DNA of 64,000 bases from the human T2T-CHM13v2.0 reference genome, Homo sapiens: assembly GCF_009914755.1 (NCBI RefSeq), contig NC_060937.1; one strand, written 5' to 3'. Of this stretch, positions 1-15,209 are shown in pieces; positions within the stretch are counted from its first letter, which is position 1, and each line of letters begins with the position of its first letter. The position numbers and the translations under genes are program-made. Below the pieces are notes generated by a model. The model was not told the origin of the DNA and did not search any database. It worked only from the letters and a program-made list of their open reading frames with translations.

Positions 1-3000
1 CAAAGTACCCCAAATACATATTATATACTGTACATGAAATATCAAAGTTCACAAACTATATATTATATACTGTACATAAAATATCAAAGTACCAAAAGTA
101 TATATTCTATACTGTACAAAAAATATCAAAGTACCCAAAGCATGTATTATATACTGTACATAAAATATGAATGTACATCAAATATATATTTTATTCTGTA
201 CATAAAATATCAAAGTACACCAAATATATATTCTATAGTGTACATAAAATATCAAAGTACCCAAACTATACATTATATACTGCACATAAAATATGAAATT
301 ACATCAAATATATATTATATTAGGTACATAAAATATGAAAGTACATCAAATATATATTATATACTCTACATAAAATACCAAAGTACCCCAAATACATATT
401 ATATACTGTACATGCAATATCAAAGTTCACACACTATATATTATATACTGTACATAAAATATCAAAGTACCGAAGCTATATATTCTATACTGTACAAAAA
501 ATATCAAAGTACCCAAAGCATGTATCATATACTGTACATAAAATATGAAAGTACATCAAATATATATTTAATTCTGTACATAAAATATCAAAGTACACCA
601 AATATATATTCTATAGTGTACATAAAATATCAAAGTACCCAAACTATACATTATATACTGTACATAAAATATGAAATTACATCAAATATATATTACATTA
701 GGTACATAAAATATGAAAGTACATCAAATATAGATTATATACTGTACATAAAATACCAAAGTACCCCAAATACATATTATATACTGTACATGCAATATCA
801 AAGTTCACAAACTATATATTATATACTGTACATAAAATATCAAAGTACCCAAGGTATATATTCTATACTCTACAAAAAATATAAAACTACGCAAAGCATG
901 TATTATATACTGTACATAAAATATGAAAGTACATCAAATATATATTTTATTCTGTACATAATATATCAAAGTACACCAAATATATATTCTATAGTGTACA
1001 TAAAATATCAAAGTACCCAAACCATACATTATATCCTGTACATAAAATATGAAATTACATCAAATATATATTATAATAGGTACATAAAATATGAAAGTAC
1101 ATCAAATATAAATTATATACTGTACATAAAATACCAAAGAACCCCAAATATATATTATATACTGTACATGAAATATCAAAGTTCACAAACTATATATTAT
1201 ATACTGTATATAAAATATCAAAGTACCCAAGGTATATATTCTATACTGTACAAAAAATATCAAAGTACCCAAAGCATGTATTATATACTGTTCATAAAAT
1301 ATGAAAGTACATCAAATATATATTTTATTCTGTACATAAAATATCAAAGTACACCAAATATATATTCTATAGTGTACATTAAATATCAAAGTACCCAAAC
1401 TATACATTATATACTGTACATAAAATATGAAATTACATCAAATATATATTATATTAGGTACATAAAATATGAAAGTACATCAAATATAGATTATATACTG
1501 TACATAAAATATCAAAGTACCCCAAATACATATTATATACTGTACATGAAATATCAAAGTTCACAAACTATATATTATATACTGTACATAAAATATCAAA
1601 GTACCAAAAGTATATATTCTATACTGTACAAAAAATATCAAAGTACCCAAAGCATGTATTATATACTGTACATAAAATATGAAAGTACATCAAATATATA
1701 TTTTATTCTGTACATAAAATATCAAAGTACACCAAATATATATTCTATAGTGTACATAAAATATCAAAGTACCCCAAATATACATTATATTCTGTACATA
1801 AAATATGATATTACATCAAATATATATTATATTAGGTACATAAAATATGAAAGTGCATCAAATATATATTATATACTCTACATAAAATACCAAAGTACCC
1901 CAAATACATATTATATACTGTACATGCAATATCAAAGTTCACACACTATATATTATATACTGTACATAAAATATCAAAGTACCGAAGCTATATATTCTAT
2001 ACTGTACAAAAAATATCAAAGTACCCAAAGCATGTATTATATACTGTACATAAAATATGAAAGTACATCAAATATATATTTAATTCTGTACATAAAATAT
2101 CAAAGTACACCAAATATATATTCTATAGTGTACATAAAATATCAAATTACCCAAACTATACATTATATACTGTACATAAAACATGAAATTACATCAAATA
2201 TATATTATATTAGGTACATAAAATATGAAGGTACATCAAATATAGATTATATACTGTACATAAAATACCAAAGTACCGCAAATATATATTATATACTGTA
2301 CATGAAATATCAAAGTTCACAAACTATATATTATATACTGTATATAAAATATCAAAGTACCCAAGGTATATATTCTATACTGTACAAAAAATATCAAAGT
2401 ACCCAAAGCATGTATTATATACTGTTCATAAAATATGAAAGTACATCAAATATATATTTTATTCTGTACATAAAATATCAAAGTACACCAAATATATATT
2501 CTATAGTGTACATTAAATATCAAAGTACCCAAACTATACATTATATACTGTACATAAAATATGAAATTACAACAAATATATATTATATTAGGTACATAAA
2601 ATATGAAAGTACATCAAATATAGATTATATACTGTACATAAAATATCAAAGTACCCCAAGTACATATTATATACTGTACATGAAATATCAAAGTTCACAA
2701 ACTATATATTATATACTGTACATAAAATATCAAAGTACCCAAGGTATATATTCTATACTGTACAAAAAATATCAAAGTACCCAAAGCAAGTATTATATAC
2801 TGTACATAAAATATGAAAGTACATCAAATATATATTTTATTCTGTACATAAAGTATCAAAGTACACCAAATATATATTCTATAGTGTACATAAAATATCA
2901 AAGTACCCAAACTATACATTATATACTGTACATAAAATATGAAATTACATCAAATATATATTATATTAGGTACTTAAAATATGAAAGTACATCAAGTATA

Positions 3001-4189
3001 AATTATATACTGTACATAAAATACCAAAGTACCCCAAATATATATTATATACTGTACATGCAATATCAAAGTTCACAAACTATATATCATATACTGTACA
3101 TAAAATATCAAAGTACCGAAAGTATATATTCTATAGTGTACAAAAAATATGAAAGTACGCAAAGCATGTTTTATATACTGTACATAAAATATGAAAGTAC
3201 ATCAAATATATATTTTATTCTGTACATAAAACATCAAAGTACACCAAATATATATTCTATAGTGTACATAAAATATCAAAGTACCCAAACTATACATTAT
3301 ATACAGTACATAAAATATGAAATTACATCAAATATATATTATAATAGGTACATAAAATATGAAAGTACATCAAATATAAATTATATACTGTACATAAAAT
3401 ACCAAAGAACCCCAAATATATATTATATACTGTACATGAAATATCAAAGTTCACAAACTATATATTATATACTGTATATAAAATATCAAAGTACCCAAGG
3501 TATATATTCTATACTGTACAAAAAATATCAAAGTACCCAAAGCATGTATTATATACTGTTCATAAAATATGAAAGTACATCAAATATATATTTTATTCTG
3601 TACATAAAATATCAAAGTACACCAAATATATATTCTATAGTGTACATAAAATATCAAAGTACCCAAACTATACATTATATACTGTACATAAAACATGAAA
3701 TTACATCCAATATATATTATGTTAGGTACATAAAATATGAAAGTACATCAAATATAAATTATATACTGTACATAAAATATCAAGGTACCTCAAATATATA
3801 GTATATACTGTACATGAAATATCAAAGTTCACAAACTATATATTATATACTGTACATAAAATAGCAAAGTACCCAAGGTATATATTCTATACTGTACAAA
3901 AAAAAAAAGTACCCAAAACATGTATTATATACTGTACATAAAATATGAAAGTACATCAAATATATATTTTATTCTGTACATAAAATATCAAAGTACACCA
4001 AATATATATTCTATAGTGTACATAAAATATCAAAGTACCCAAACTATACATTATATACAGTACATAAAATATGAAATTACATCAAATATATATTACATTA
4101 GGTACATAAAATATGAAAGTACATCAAATGTAGATTATATACTGTACATAAAATATCAAAGTACCCCAAATATATATTATATACTGTAC
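1..4189. repeat. Canonical 378-bp 9-mer higher-order repeat domain (about 11 copies)
   Basis: Monomer A (ATG[A/C]AATATCAAAGTTCACA) recurs at 34, 412, 790, 1168, 1546, 1924, 2302, 2680, 3058, 3436 and 3814 (step 378 = 9x42). The last copy is 376 bp because of the A11 lesion at 3898-3908. Confidence 0.95.
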
Positions 4190-7100
4190 ATGAAATATCA
4201 AAGTTCACAAACTATAAATTATATACTGTACATAAAATATCAAAGTACCCAAACTATACATTATATACTGTACATAAAATATGAAATTACATCAAATATA
4301 TATTATATTAGGTATGTAAAATATGAAAGTACATCAAATATAGATTATATACTGTACATAAAATACCAAAGTACCCCAAATATATATTTTATACTCTACA
4401 TGAAATATCAAAGTTCTCAAACTATATATTATATACTGCACATGAAATATCAAAGTACCCAAGGTATATATTCCATACTGTACAAAAAATATCAAAGTAC
4501 CCAAAGCATATATTATATGCTGTACATAAAATATGAAAGTACATCAAATATATATGTTATTCTGTACATAAAATATCAAAGTACACCAAATATATATTCT
4601 ATACTGTACATAAAATATCAAGGTACCCAAACTATACATTATATACAGTACATAAAATATGAAATTACATCAAATATATATTATATTAGGTACATAAAAT
4701 ATGAAAGTACATCAAATATAGATTCTATACTGTACATAAAATATCAAAGTACGCAAATATATATCATATACTGTACATGAAATATCAAAGTTCACAAACT
4801 ATATATTATATACTGTACATAAAATATCAAAGTACCCAAACTATACATTATATACTGTACATAAAATATGAAATTACATCAAATATATATTATATTAGGT
4901 ATGTAAAATATGAAAGTACATCAAATATAGATTATATACTGTACATAAAATACCAAAGTACCCCAAATATATATTTTATACTGTACATGAAATATCAAAG
5001 TTCTCAAACTATATATTATATACTGCACATAAAATATCAAAGTACCCAAGGTATATATTCCATACTGTACAAAAAATATCAAAGTACCCAAAGCATATAT
5101 TATATGCTGTACATAAAATATGAAAGTACATCAAATATATATTTTATTCTGTACATAATATATCAAAGTACACCAAATATATATTCTATACTGTACATAA
5201 AATATCAATGTACCCAAACTATACATTACATACTGTACATAAAATATGAAATTACATCAAATATGTATTATATTAGGTACATAAAATATGAAAGTACATC
5301 AAATATAGATGATATACTGTACATAAAATATCAAAGTACCCAAATATATGTCATATACAGTACATGAAATATCAAAGTTCACAAACTATATATTATATAC
5401 TGTACATAAAATATCAAAGTATCCAAACTATACATTATATACTGTACATAAAAGATGAAATTACATCAAATATATATTATATTAGGTATGTAAAATATGA
5501 AAGTACATCAAATATAGATTATATACTGTACATAAAATACCAAAGTACCCCAAATATATATTTTATACTGTACATGAAATATCAAAGTTCTCAAACTATA
5601 TATTATATACTGCACATAAAATATCAAAGTTCCCAAGGTATATATTCCATACTGTACAAAAAATATCAAAGTACCCAAAGCATATATTATATGCTGTACA
5701 TAAAATATGAAAGTACATGAAATATATATTTTATTCTGTATATAAAATATCAAAGTACACCAAATATATATTCTATACTGTACATAAAATATCAAGGTAC
5801 CCAAACTATACATTACATACTGTACATAAAATATGAAATTACATCAAATATATATTATGTTAGGTACATAAAATATGAAAGTACATCAAATATAGATTCT
5901 ATACTGTACATAAAATATCAAAGTACCCAAATATATATCATATACTGTACATGAAATATCAAAGTTCACAAACTATATATTATATACTGTACATAAAATA
6001 TCAAAGTACCCAAACTATACATCATATACTGTACATAAAATATGAAATTACATCAAATATATATTATATTAGGTATGTAAAATATGAAAGTACATCAAAT
6101 ATAGATTATATACTGTACATAAAATACCAAAGTACCGCAAATATATATTTTATTCTCTGCATGAAATATCAAAGTTCTCAAACTATATATTATATACTGC
6201 ACATAAAATATCAAAGTACCCAAGGTATATATTCCATACTGTACAAAAAATATCAAAGTACCCAAAGCATATATTATATGCTGTACATAAAATATGAAAG
6301 TACATCAAATATATATTTTATTCTGTACATAAAATATCAAAGTACACCAAATATATATTCTATACTGTACATAAAATATCAAGGTACCCAAACTATACAT
6401 TATATACTGTACATAAAATATGAAATTACATCAAATATATATTATATTAGGTACATAAAATATGAAAGTACATCAAATATAGATTATATACTGTACATAA
6501 AATATCAAAGTACCCAAATATATATCATATACTGTACATGAAATATCAAAGTTCACAAACTATATATTATATACTGTACATAAAATATAAAAGTACCCAA
6601 ACTATACATTATATACTGTACATAAAATATGAAATTACATCAAATATATATTATATTAGGTACATAAAATATGAAAGTACATCAAATATAGTTTATATAC
6701 TGTACATAAAATATCAAAGTACCCAAATATATATCATATACTGTACATGAAATATCAAAGTTCACAAACTATATATTATATACTGTACATAAAATATCAA
6801 AGTACCCAAACTATACATTATATACTGTACATAAAATATGAAATTACATCAAATATATATTATATTAGGTACAGAAAATATGAAATTACATCAAATATAT
6901 ATTATATTAGGTATGTAAAATATGAAAGTACATCAAATATAGATTATATATTGTACATAAAATACCAAAGTACCCCAAATATATATTTTATACTGTACAT
7001 GAAATATCAAAGTTCTCAAACTATATATTATATAGTGCACATAAAATATCAAAGTACCCAAGGTATATATTCCATACTGTACAAAAATTATCAAAGTACC

Positions 7101-10100
7101 CAAAGCATATATTATATGCTGTACATAAAATATGAAAGTACATCAAGTATATATTTTATTCTGTACATAAAATATCAAAGTACACCAAATATATACTCTA
7201 TACTGTACATAAAATATCAAGGTACCCAAACTATACATTATATACTGTACATAAGATATGAAATTACATCAAATATATATTATATTAGGTATGTAAAATA
7301 TGAAAGTACATCAAATATAGATTATATACTGTACATAAAATATCAAAGTACCCAAATATATATCATATATTGTACATGAAATATCAAAGTTCACAAACTA
7401 TATATTATATACTGTACATAAAATATAAAAGTACCCAAACTATACATTATATACTGTACATAAAATATGAAATTACATCAAATATATATTTTATTAGGTA
7501 TGTAAAATATGAAAGTACATCAAATATAGATTATATACTGTACATAAAATACCAAAGTACCCCAAATATATATTTTATACTGTACATGAAATATCAAAGT
7601 TCTCAAACTCTATATTATATACTGCACATAAAATATCAAAGTACCCAAGGTATATATTCCATACTGTACAAAAAATGTCAAAGTACCCAAAGCATATATT
7701 TTATGCTGTACATAAAATTTGAAAGTACATCAAATATATATTTTATTCTGTACATAAAATATCAAAGTACACCAAATATATATTCTATACTGTACATAAA
7801 ATATCAAGGTACCCAAACTATACATTATATACTGTACATAAAATATGAAATTACATCAAATATATATTATATTAGGTACATAAAATATGAAAGTACATCA
7901 AATATAGATTATATACTGTACATAAAATATCAAACTACACAAATATATATCATATACTGTACATGAAATATCAAGGTACCCAAACTATACATTATATACT
8001 GTACATAAAATATGAAATTACATCAAATATATATTATATTAGGTACAGAAAATATGAAATTACATCAAATATATATTATATTAGGTATGTAAAATATGAA
8101 AGTACATCAAATATAGATTATATACTGTACATAAAATACCAAAGTACCCCAAATATATATTTTATACTGTACATGAAATATCAAAGTTCTCAAACTATAT
8201 ATTATATACTGCACATAAAATATCAAAGTACCCAAGGTATATATTCCATACTGTACAAAAAATATCAAAGTACCCAAAGCATATATTATATGCTGTACAT
8301 AAAATATGAAAGTACATCAAATATATATTTTATTCTGTACATAAAATATCAAAGTACACCAAATATATATTCTATACTGTACATAAAATATCAAGGTACC
8401 CAATCTATACATTATATACTGTACATAAAATATGAAATTACATCAAATATATATTATATTAGGTACATAAAATATGAAAGTACATCAAATATAGATTATA
8501 TACTGTACATAAAATATCAAAGTACCCAAATATATATCATATACTGTACATGAAATATCAAAGTTCACAAACTATATATTATATACTGTACATAAAATAT
8601 CAAAGTACCCAAACTATACATTATATACTGTACATAAAATATGAAATTACATCAAATATATATTTTATTAGGTATGTAAAATATGAAAGTACATCAAATA
8701 TAGATTATATACTGTACATAAAATACCAAAGTACCACAAATATATATTTTATACTGTACATGAAATATCAAAGTTCTCAAACTATATATTATATACTGCA
8801 CATAAAATATCAAAGTACCCAAGCTATATATTCCATACTGTACAAAAAATATCAAAGTACCCAAAGCATATATTATATGCTGTCCATAAAATATGAAAGT
8901 ATATCAAATATATATTTTATTCTGTACATAAAATATCAAAGTACACCAAATATATATTCTATACTGTACATAAAATATCAAGGTACCCAAACTATACATT
9001 ATATACTGTACATAAGATATGAAATTACATCAAATATACATTATATTAGGTACATAAAATATGAAAGTACATCAAATATAGATTATATACTGTACATAAA
9101 ATCTCAAAGTACCCAAATATATATCATATACTGTACATGAAATATCAAAGTTCACAAACTATATATTATATACTGTAAATAAAATATCAAAGTACCCAAA
9201 CTATACATTATATACTGTACATAAAATATGAAATTACATCAAATATATATTTTATTAGGTATGTAAAATATGAAAGTACATCAAATATAGATTATATACT
9301 GTACATAAAATACCAAAGTACCCCAAATATATATTTTATACTGTACATGAAATATCAAAGTTCTCAAACTATATATTATATACTGCACATAAAATATCAA
9401 AGTACCCAAGGTATATATTCCATACTGTACAAAAAATATCAAAGTACCCAAAGCATATATTATATGCTGTACATAAAATATGAAAGTACATGAAATATAT
9501 ATTTTATTCTCTACATAAAATATCAAAGTACACCAAATATATATTCTACACTGTACATAAAATATCAAGGTACCCAAACTATACATTATATACTGTACAT
9601 AAAATATGAAATTACATCAAATATATATTATATTAGGTACATAAAATATGAAAGTACATCAAATATAGATTATATACTGTACAAAAAATATCAAAGTACC
9701 CAAATATATACCATATACTGTACATGAAATATCAAAGTTCACAAACTATATATTATATACTGTACATAAAATATCAAAGTACCCAAACTATACATTATAT
9801 ACTGTACATAAAATATGAAATTACATCAAATATATATTTTATTAGGTATGTAAAATATGAAAGTACATCAAATATAGATTATATACTGTACATAAAATAC
9901 CAAAGTACCCCAAATATATATTTTATACTGTACATGAAATATCAAAGTTCTCAAACTATATATTATATAGTGCACATAAAATATCAAAGTACCCAAGGTA
10001 TATATTCCATACTGTACAAAAATTATCAAAGTACCCAAAGCATATATTATATGCTGTACATAAAATATGAAAGTACATGAAATATATATTTTATTCTGTA

Positions 10101-13100
10101 CATAAAATATCAAAGTACACCAAATATATATTCTATACTGTACATAAAATATCAAGGTACCCAAACTATACATTATATACTGTACATAAGATATGAAATT
10201 ACATCAAATATATATTATATTAGGTACATAAAATATGAAAGTACATCAAATATAGATTATATACTGTACATAAAATCTCAAAGTACCCAAATATATATCA
10301 TATACTGTACATGAAATATCAAAGTTCACAAACTATATATTATATACTGTACATAAAATATCAAAGTACCCAAACTATACATTATATACTGTACATAAAA
10401 TATGAAATTAAATCAAATATATATTTTATTAGGTATGTAAAATATGAAAGTACATCAAATATAGATTATATACTGTACATAAAATACCAAAGTACCCCAA
10501 ATATATATTTTATACTGTACATGAAATATCAAAGTTCTCAAAGTATATATTATATAGTGCACATAAAATATCAAAGTACCCAAGGTATATATTCCATACT
10601 GTACAAAAATTATCAAAGTACCCAAAGCATATATTATATGCTGTACATAAAATATGAAAGTACATCAAATATATATTTTATTCTGTACATAAAATATCAA
10701 AGTACACCAAATATATATTCTATACTGTACATAAAATATCAAGGTACCCAAACTATACATTATATACTGTACATAAAATATGAAATTACATCAAATATAT
10801 ATTATATTAGGTACATAAAATATGAAAGTACATCAAATATAGATTATATACTGTACATAAAATATCAAAGTACCCAAATATATATCATATACTGTACATG
10901 AAATATCAAAGTTCACAAACTATATATTATATACTGTACATAAAATATCAAAGTACCCAAACTATACATTATATACTGTACATAAAATATGAAATTTCAT
11001 CAAATATATATTTTATTAGGTATGTAAAATATGAAAGTACATCAAATATAGATTATATACTGTACATAAAATACCAAAGTACCCCAAATATATATTTTAT
11101 ACTGTACATGAAATATCAAAGTTCTCAAACTATATATTATATAGTGCACATAAAATATCAAAGTACCCAAGGTATATATTCCATACTGTACAAAAATTAT
11201 CAAAGTACCCAAAGCATATATTATATGCTGTACATAAAATATGAAAGTACATCAAATATATATTTTATTCTGTACATAAAATATCAAAGTACACCAAATA
11301 TATATTCTATACTGTACATAAAATATGAAGGTACCCAAACTATACATTATATACTGTACATAAGATATGAAATTACATCAAATATATATTATATTAGGTA
11401 CATAAAATATGAAAGTACATCAAATATAGATTATATACTGTACATAAAATATCAAAGTACCCAAATATATATCATATACTGTACATGAAATATCAAAGTT
11501 CACAAACTATATATTATATACTGTACATAAAATATCAAAGTACCCAAACTATACATTATATACTGTACATAAAATATGAAATTACATCAAATATATATTA
11601 TATTAGGTATGTAAAATATGAAAGTACATCAAATATAGATTATATACTGTACATAAAATACCAAAGTACCCCAAATATATATTTTATACTGTACATGAAA
11701 TATCAAAGTTCTCAAACTATATATTATATACTGCACATAAAATATCAAAGTTCCCAAGGTATATATTCCATACTGTACAAAAAATATCAAAGTACCCAAA
11801 GCATATATTATATGCTGTACATAAAATATGAAAGTACATGAAATATATATTTTATTCTGTATATAAAATATCAAAGTACACCAAATATATATTCTATACT
11901 GTACATAAAATATCAACGTACCCAAACTATACATTACATACTGTACATAAAATATGAAATTACATCAAATATATATTATGTTAGGTACATAAAATATGAA
12001 AGTACATCAAATATAGATTCTATACTGTACATAAAATATCAAAGTACCCAAATATATATCATATACTGTACATGAAATATCAAAGTTCACAAACTATATA
12101 TTATATACTGTACATAAAATATCAAAGTACCCAAACTATACATCATATACTGTACATAAAATATGAAATTACATCAAATATATATTATATTAGGTATGTA
12201 AAATATGAAAGTACATCAAATATAGATTATATACTGTACATAAAATACCAAAGTACCGCAAATATATATTTTATTCTCTACATGAAATATCAAAGTTCTC
12301 AAACTATATATTATATACTGCACATAAAATATCAAAGTACCCAAGGTATATATTCCATACTGTACAAAAAATATCAAAGTACCCAAAGCATATATTATAT
12401 GCTGTACATAAAATATGAAAGTACATCAAATATATATTTTATTCTGTACATAAAATATCAAAGTACACCAAATATATATTCTATACTGTACATAAAATAT
12501 CAAGGTACCCAAACTATACATTATATACTGTACATAAAATATGAAATTACATCAAATATATATTATATTAGGTACATAAAATATGAAAGTACATCAAATA
12601 TAGATTATATACTGTACATAAAATATCAAAGTACCCAAATATATATCATATACTGTACATGAAATATCAAAGTTCACAAACTATATATTATATACTGTAC
12701 ATAAAATATAAAAGTACCCAAACTATACATTATATACTGTACATAAAATATGAAATTACATCAAATATATATTATATTAGGTACATAAAATATGAAAGTA
12801 CATCAAATATAGTTTATATACTGTACATAAAATATCAAAGTACCCAAATATATATCATATACTGTACATGAAATATCAAAGTTCACAAACTATATATTAT
12901 ATACTGTACATAAAATATCAAAGTACCCAAACTATACATTATATACTGTACATAAAATATGAAATTACATCAAATATATATTATATTAGGTATGTAAAAT
13001 ATGAAAGTACATCAAATATAGATTATATACTGTACATAAAATACCAAGTACCCCAAATATATATTTTATACTGTACATGAAATATCAAAGTTCTGAAACT

Positions 13101-15209
13101 GTATATTATATACTGCACATAAAATATCAAAGTACCCAAGGTATATATTCCATACTGTACAAAAAATATCAAAGTACCCAAAGCATATATTATATGCTGT
13201 ACATAAAATATGAAAGTACATCAAATATATATTTTATTCTGTACATAAAATATCAAAGTACACTAAATAGATATTCTATACTGTACATAAAATATCAAGG
13301 TACCCAAACTATACATTATATACTGTACCTAGAATATGAAATTACATCAAATATATATTATATTAGGTACATAAAATATGAAAGTACATCAAATATAGAT
13401 TATATACTGTACATAAAATATCAAAGTACCCAAATATATATCATATACTGTACCTGAAATATCAAAGTTCACAAACTATATATTATATACTGTACCTAAA
13501 ATATCAAAGTACCCAAACTATACATTATATACTGTACATAAAATATGAAATTACATCAACTATATATTATATTAGGTATGTAAAATATGAAAGTACATCA
13601 AATATAGATTATATACTGTACATAAAATACCAAAGTACCCCAAATATATATTTTATACTGTACATGAAATATCAAAGTTCTCAAACTATATATTATATAC
13701 TGCACATAAAATATCAAAGTACCCAAGGTATATATTCCATACTGTACAAAAAATATCAAAGTACCCAAAGCATATATTATATGCTGTACATAAAATATGA
13801 AAGTACATCAAATATATATTTTATTCTGTACATAAAATATCAAAGTACACTAAATATATATTCTATACTGTATATAAAATATCAAGGTACCCAAACTATA
13901 CATTATATACTGTACCTAGAATATGAAATTACATCAAATATATATTATATTAGGTACATAAAATATGAAAGTACATCAAATATAGATTATATACTGTACA
14001 TAAAATATGAAAGTACCCAAATATATATCATATACTGTACATGAAATATCAAAGTTCACAAACTATATATTATATACTGTACATAAAATATCAAAGTACC
14101 CAAACTATACATTATATACTGTACATAAAATATGAAATTACATCAAATATATATATTAGGTATGTAAAATATGAAAGTACATCAAATATAGATTATATAC
14201 TGTACATAAAATACCAAAGTACCCAAATATATATTTTATACTGTACATGAAATATCAAAGTTCTCAAACTATATATTATATACTGCACATAAAATATCAA
14301 AGTACCCAAGGTATATATTCCATACTGTACAAAAAATATCAAAGTACCCAAAGCATATATTATATGCTGTACATAAAATATGAAAGTACATGAAATATAT
14401 ATTTTATTCTGTACATAAAGTATCAAAGTACACCAAATATATATTCTATACTGTACATAAAATATCAAGGTACCCAAACTATACATTATACACTGTACAT
14501 AAAATATGAAATTACATCAAATATATATTATATTAGGTACATAAAATATGAAAGTATATCAAATATAGATTATATACTGTACATAAAATATCAAAGTACC
14601 CAAATATATATCATATACTGTACATGAAATATCAAAGTTTACAAACTATATATTATATACTGTACATAAAATATAAAGTATCCTAACTATACATTATATA
14701 CTGTACATAAAATATGAAATTACATCAAATATATATTATATTAGTTATGTAAAATATGAAAGTACATCAAATATAGATTATATACTGTACATAAAATACC
14801 AAAGTACCCCAAATATATATTTTATACTGTACATGAAATATCAAAGTTCTCAAACTATATATTATATACTGCACATAAAATATCAAAGTACCCAATGTAT
14901 ATATTCCATACTGTACAAAAAATATCAAAATACCCAAAGCATATATTATATGCTGTACATAAAATATGAAAGTACATCAAATATATATTTTATTCTGTAC
15001 ATAAAATATCAAAGTACACCAAATATATATTCTATACTGTACGTAAAATATCAAGGTACCCAAAATATACATTATATACTGTACATAAAATATGAAATTA
15101 CATCAAATATATATTATATTAGGTACATAAAATATGAAAGTACATCAAATATAGATTATATACTGTACATAAAATATCAAAGTACCCAAATATATATCAT
15201 ATACTGTAC
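4190..15209. repeat. 587-bp 14-mer HOR domain, block 1 (includes 209-bp 5-mer and 629-bp 15-mer variants)
   Basis: Unit starts at 4190, 4777, 5364, 5951, 6538 (209 bp), 6747 (629 bp), 7376, 7963, 8550, 9137, 9724, 10311, 10898, 11485, 12072, 12659 (209 bp), 12868, 13454, 14041 and 14624. 587 = 14x42-1. Confidence 0.93.

Noticed and set aside
34-3801. 1255-aa ORF as a real repeat-protein CDS
   Set aside because: It is a direct translation of the satellite with no unique N- or C-terminal domain, and identical sequence continues on both sides. Kept only as a low-interest finding.
3898-3908. A11 run as a retrotransposon poly(A) tail
   Set aside because: It replaces AAAAAATATCAAA in register (net -2 bp), with no inserted body or target-site duplication.
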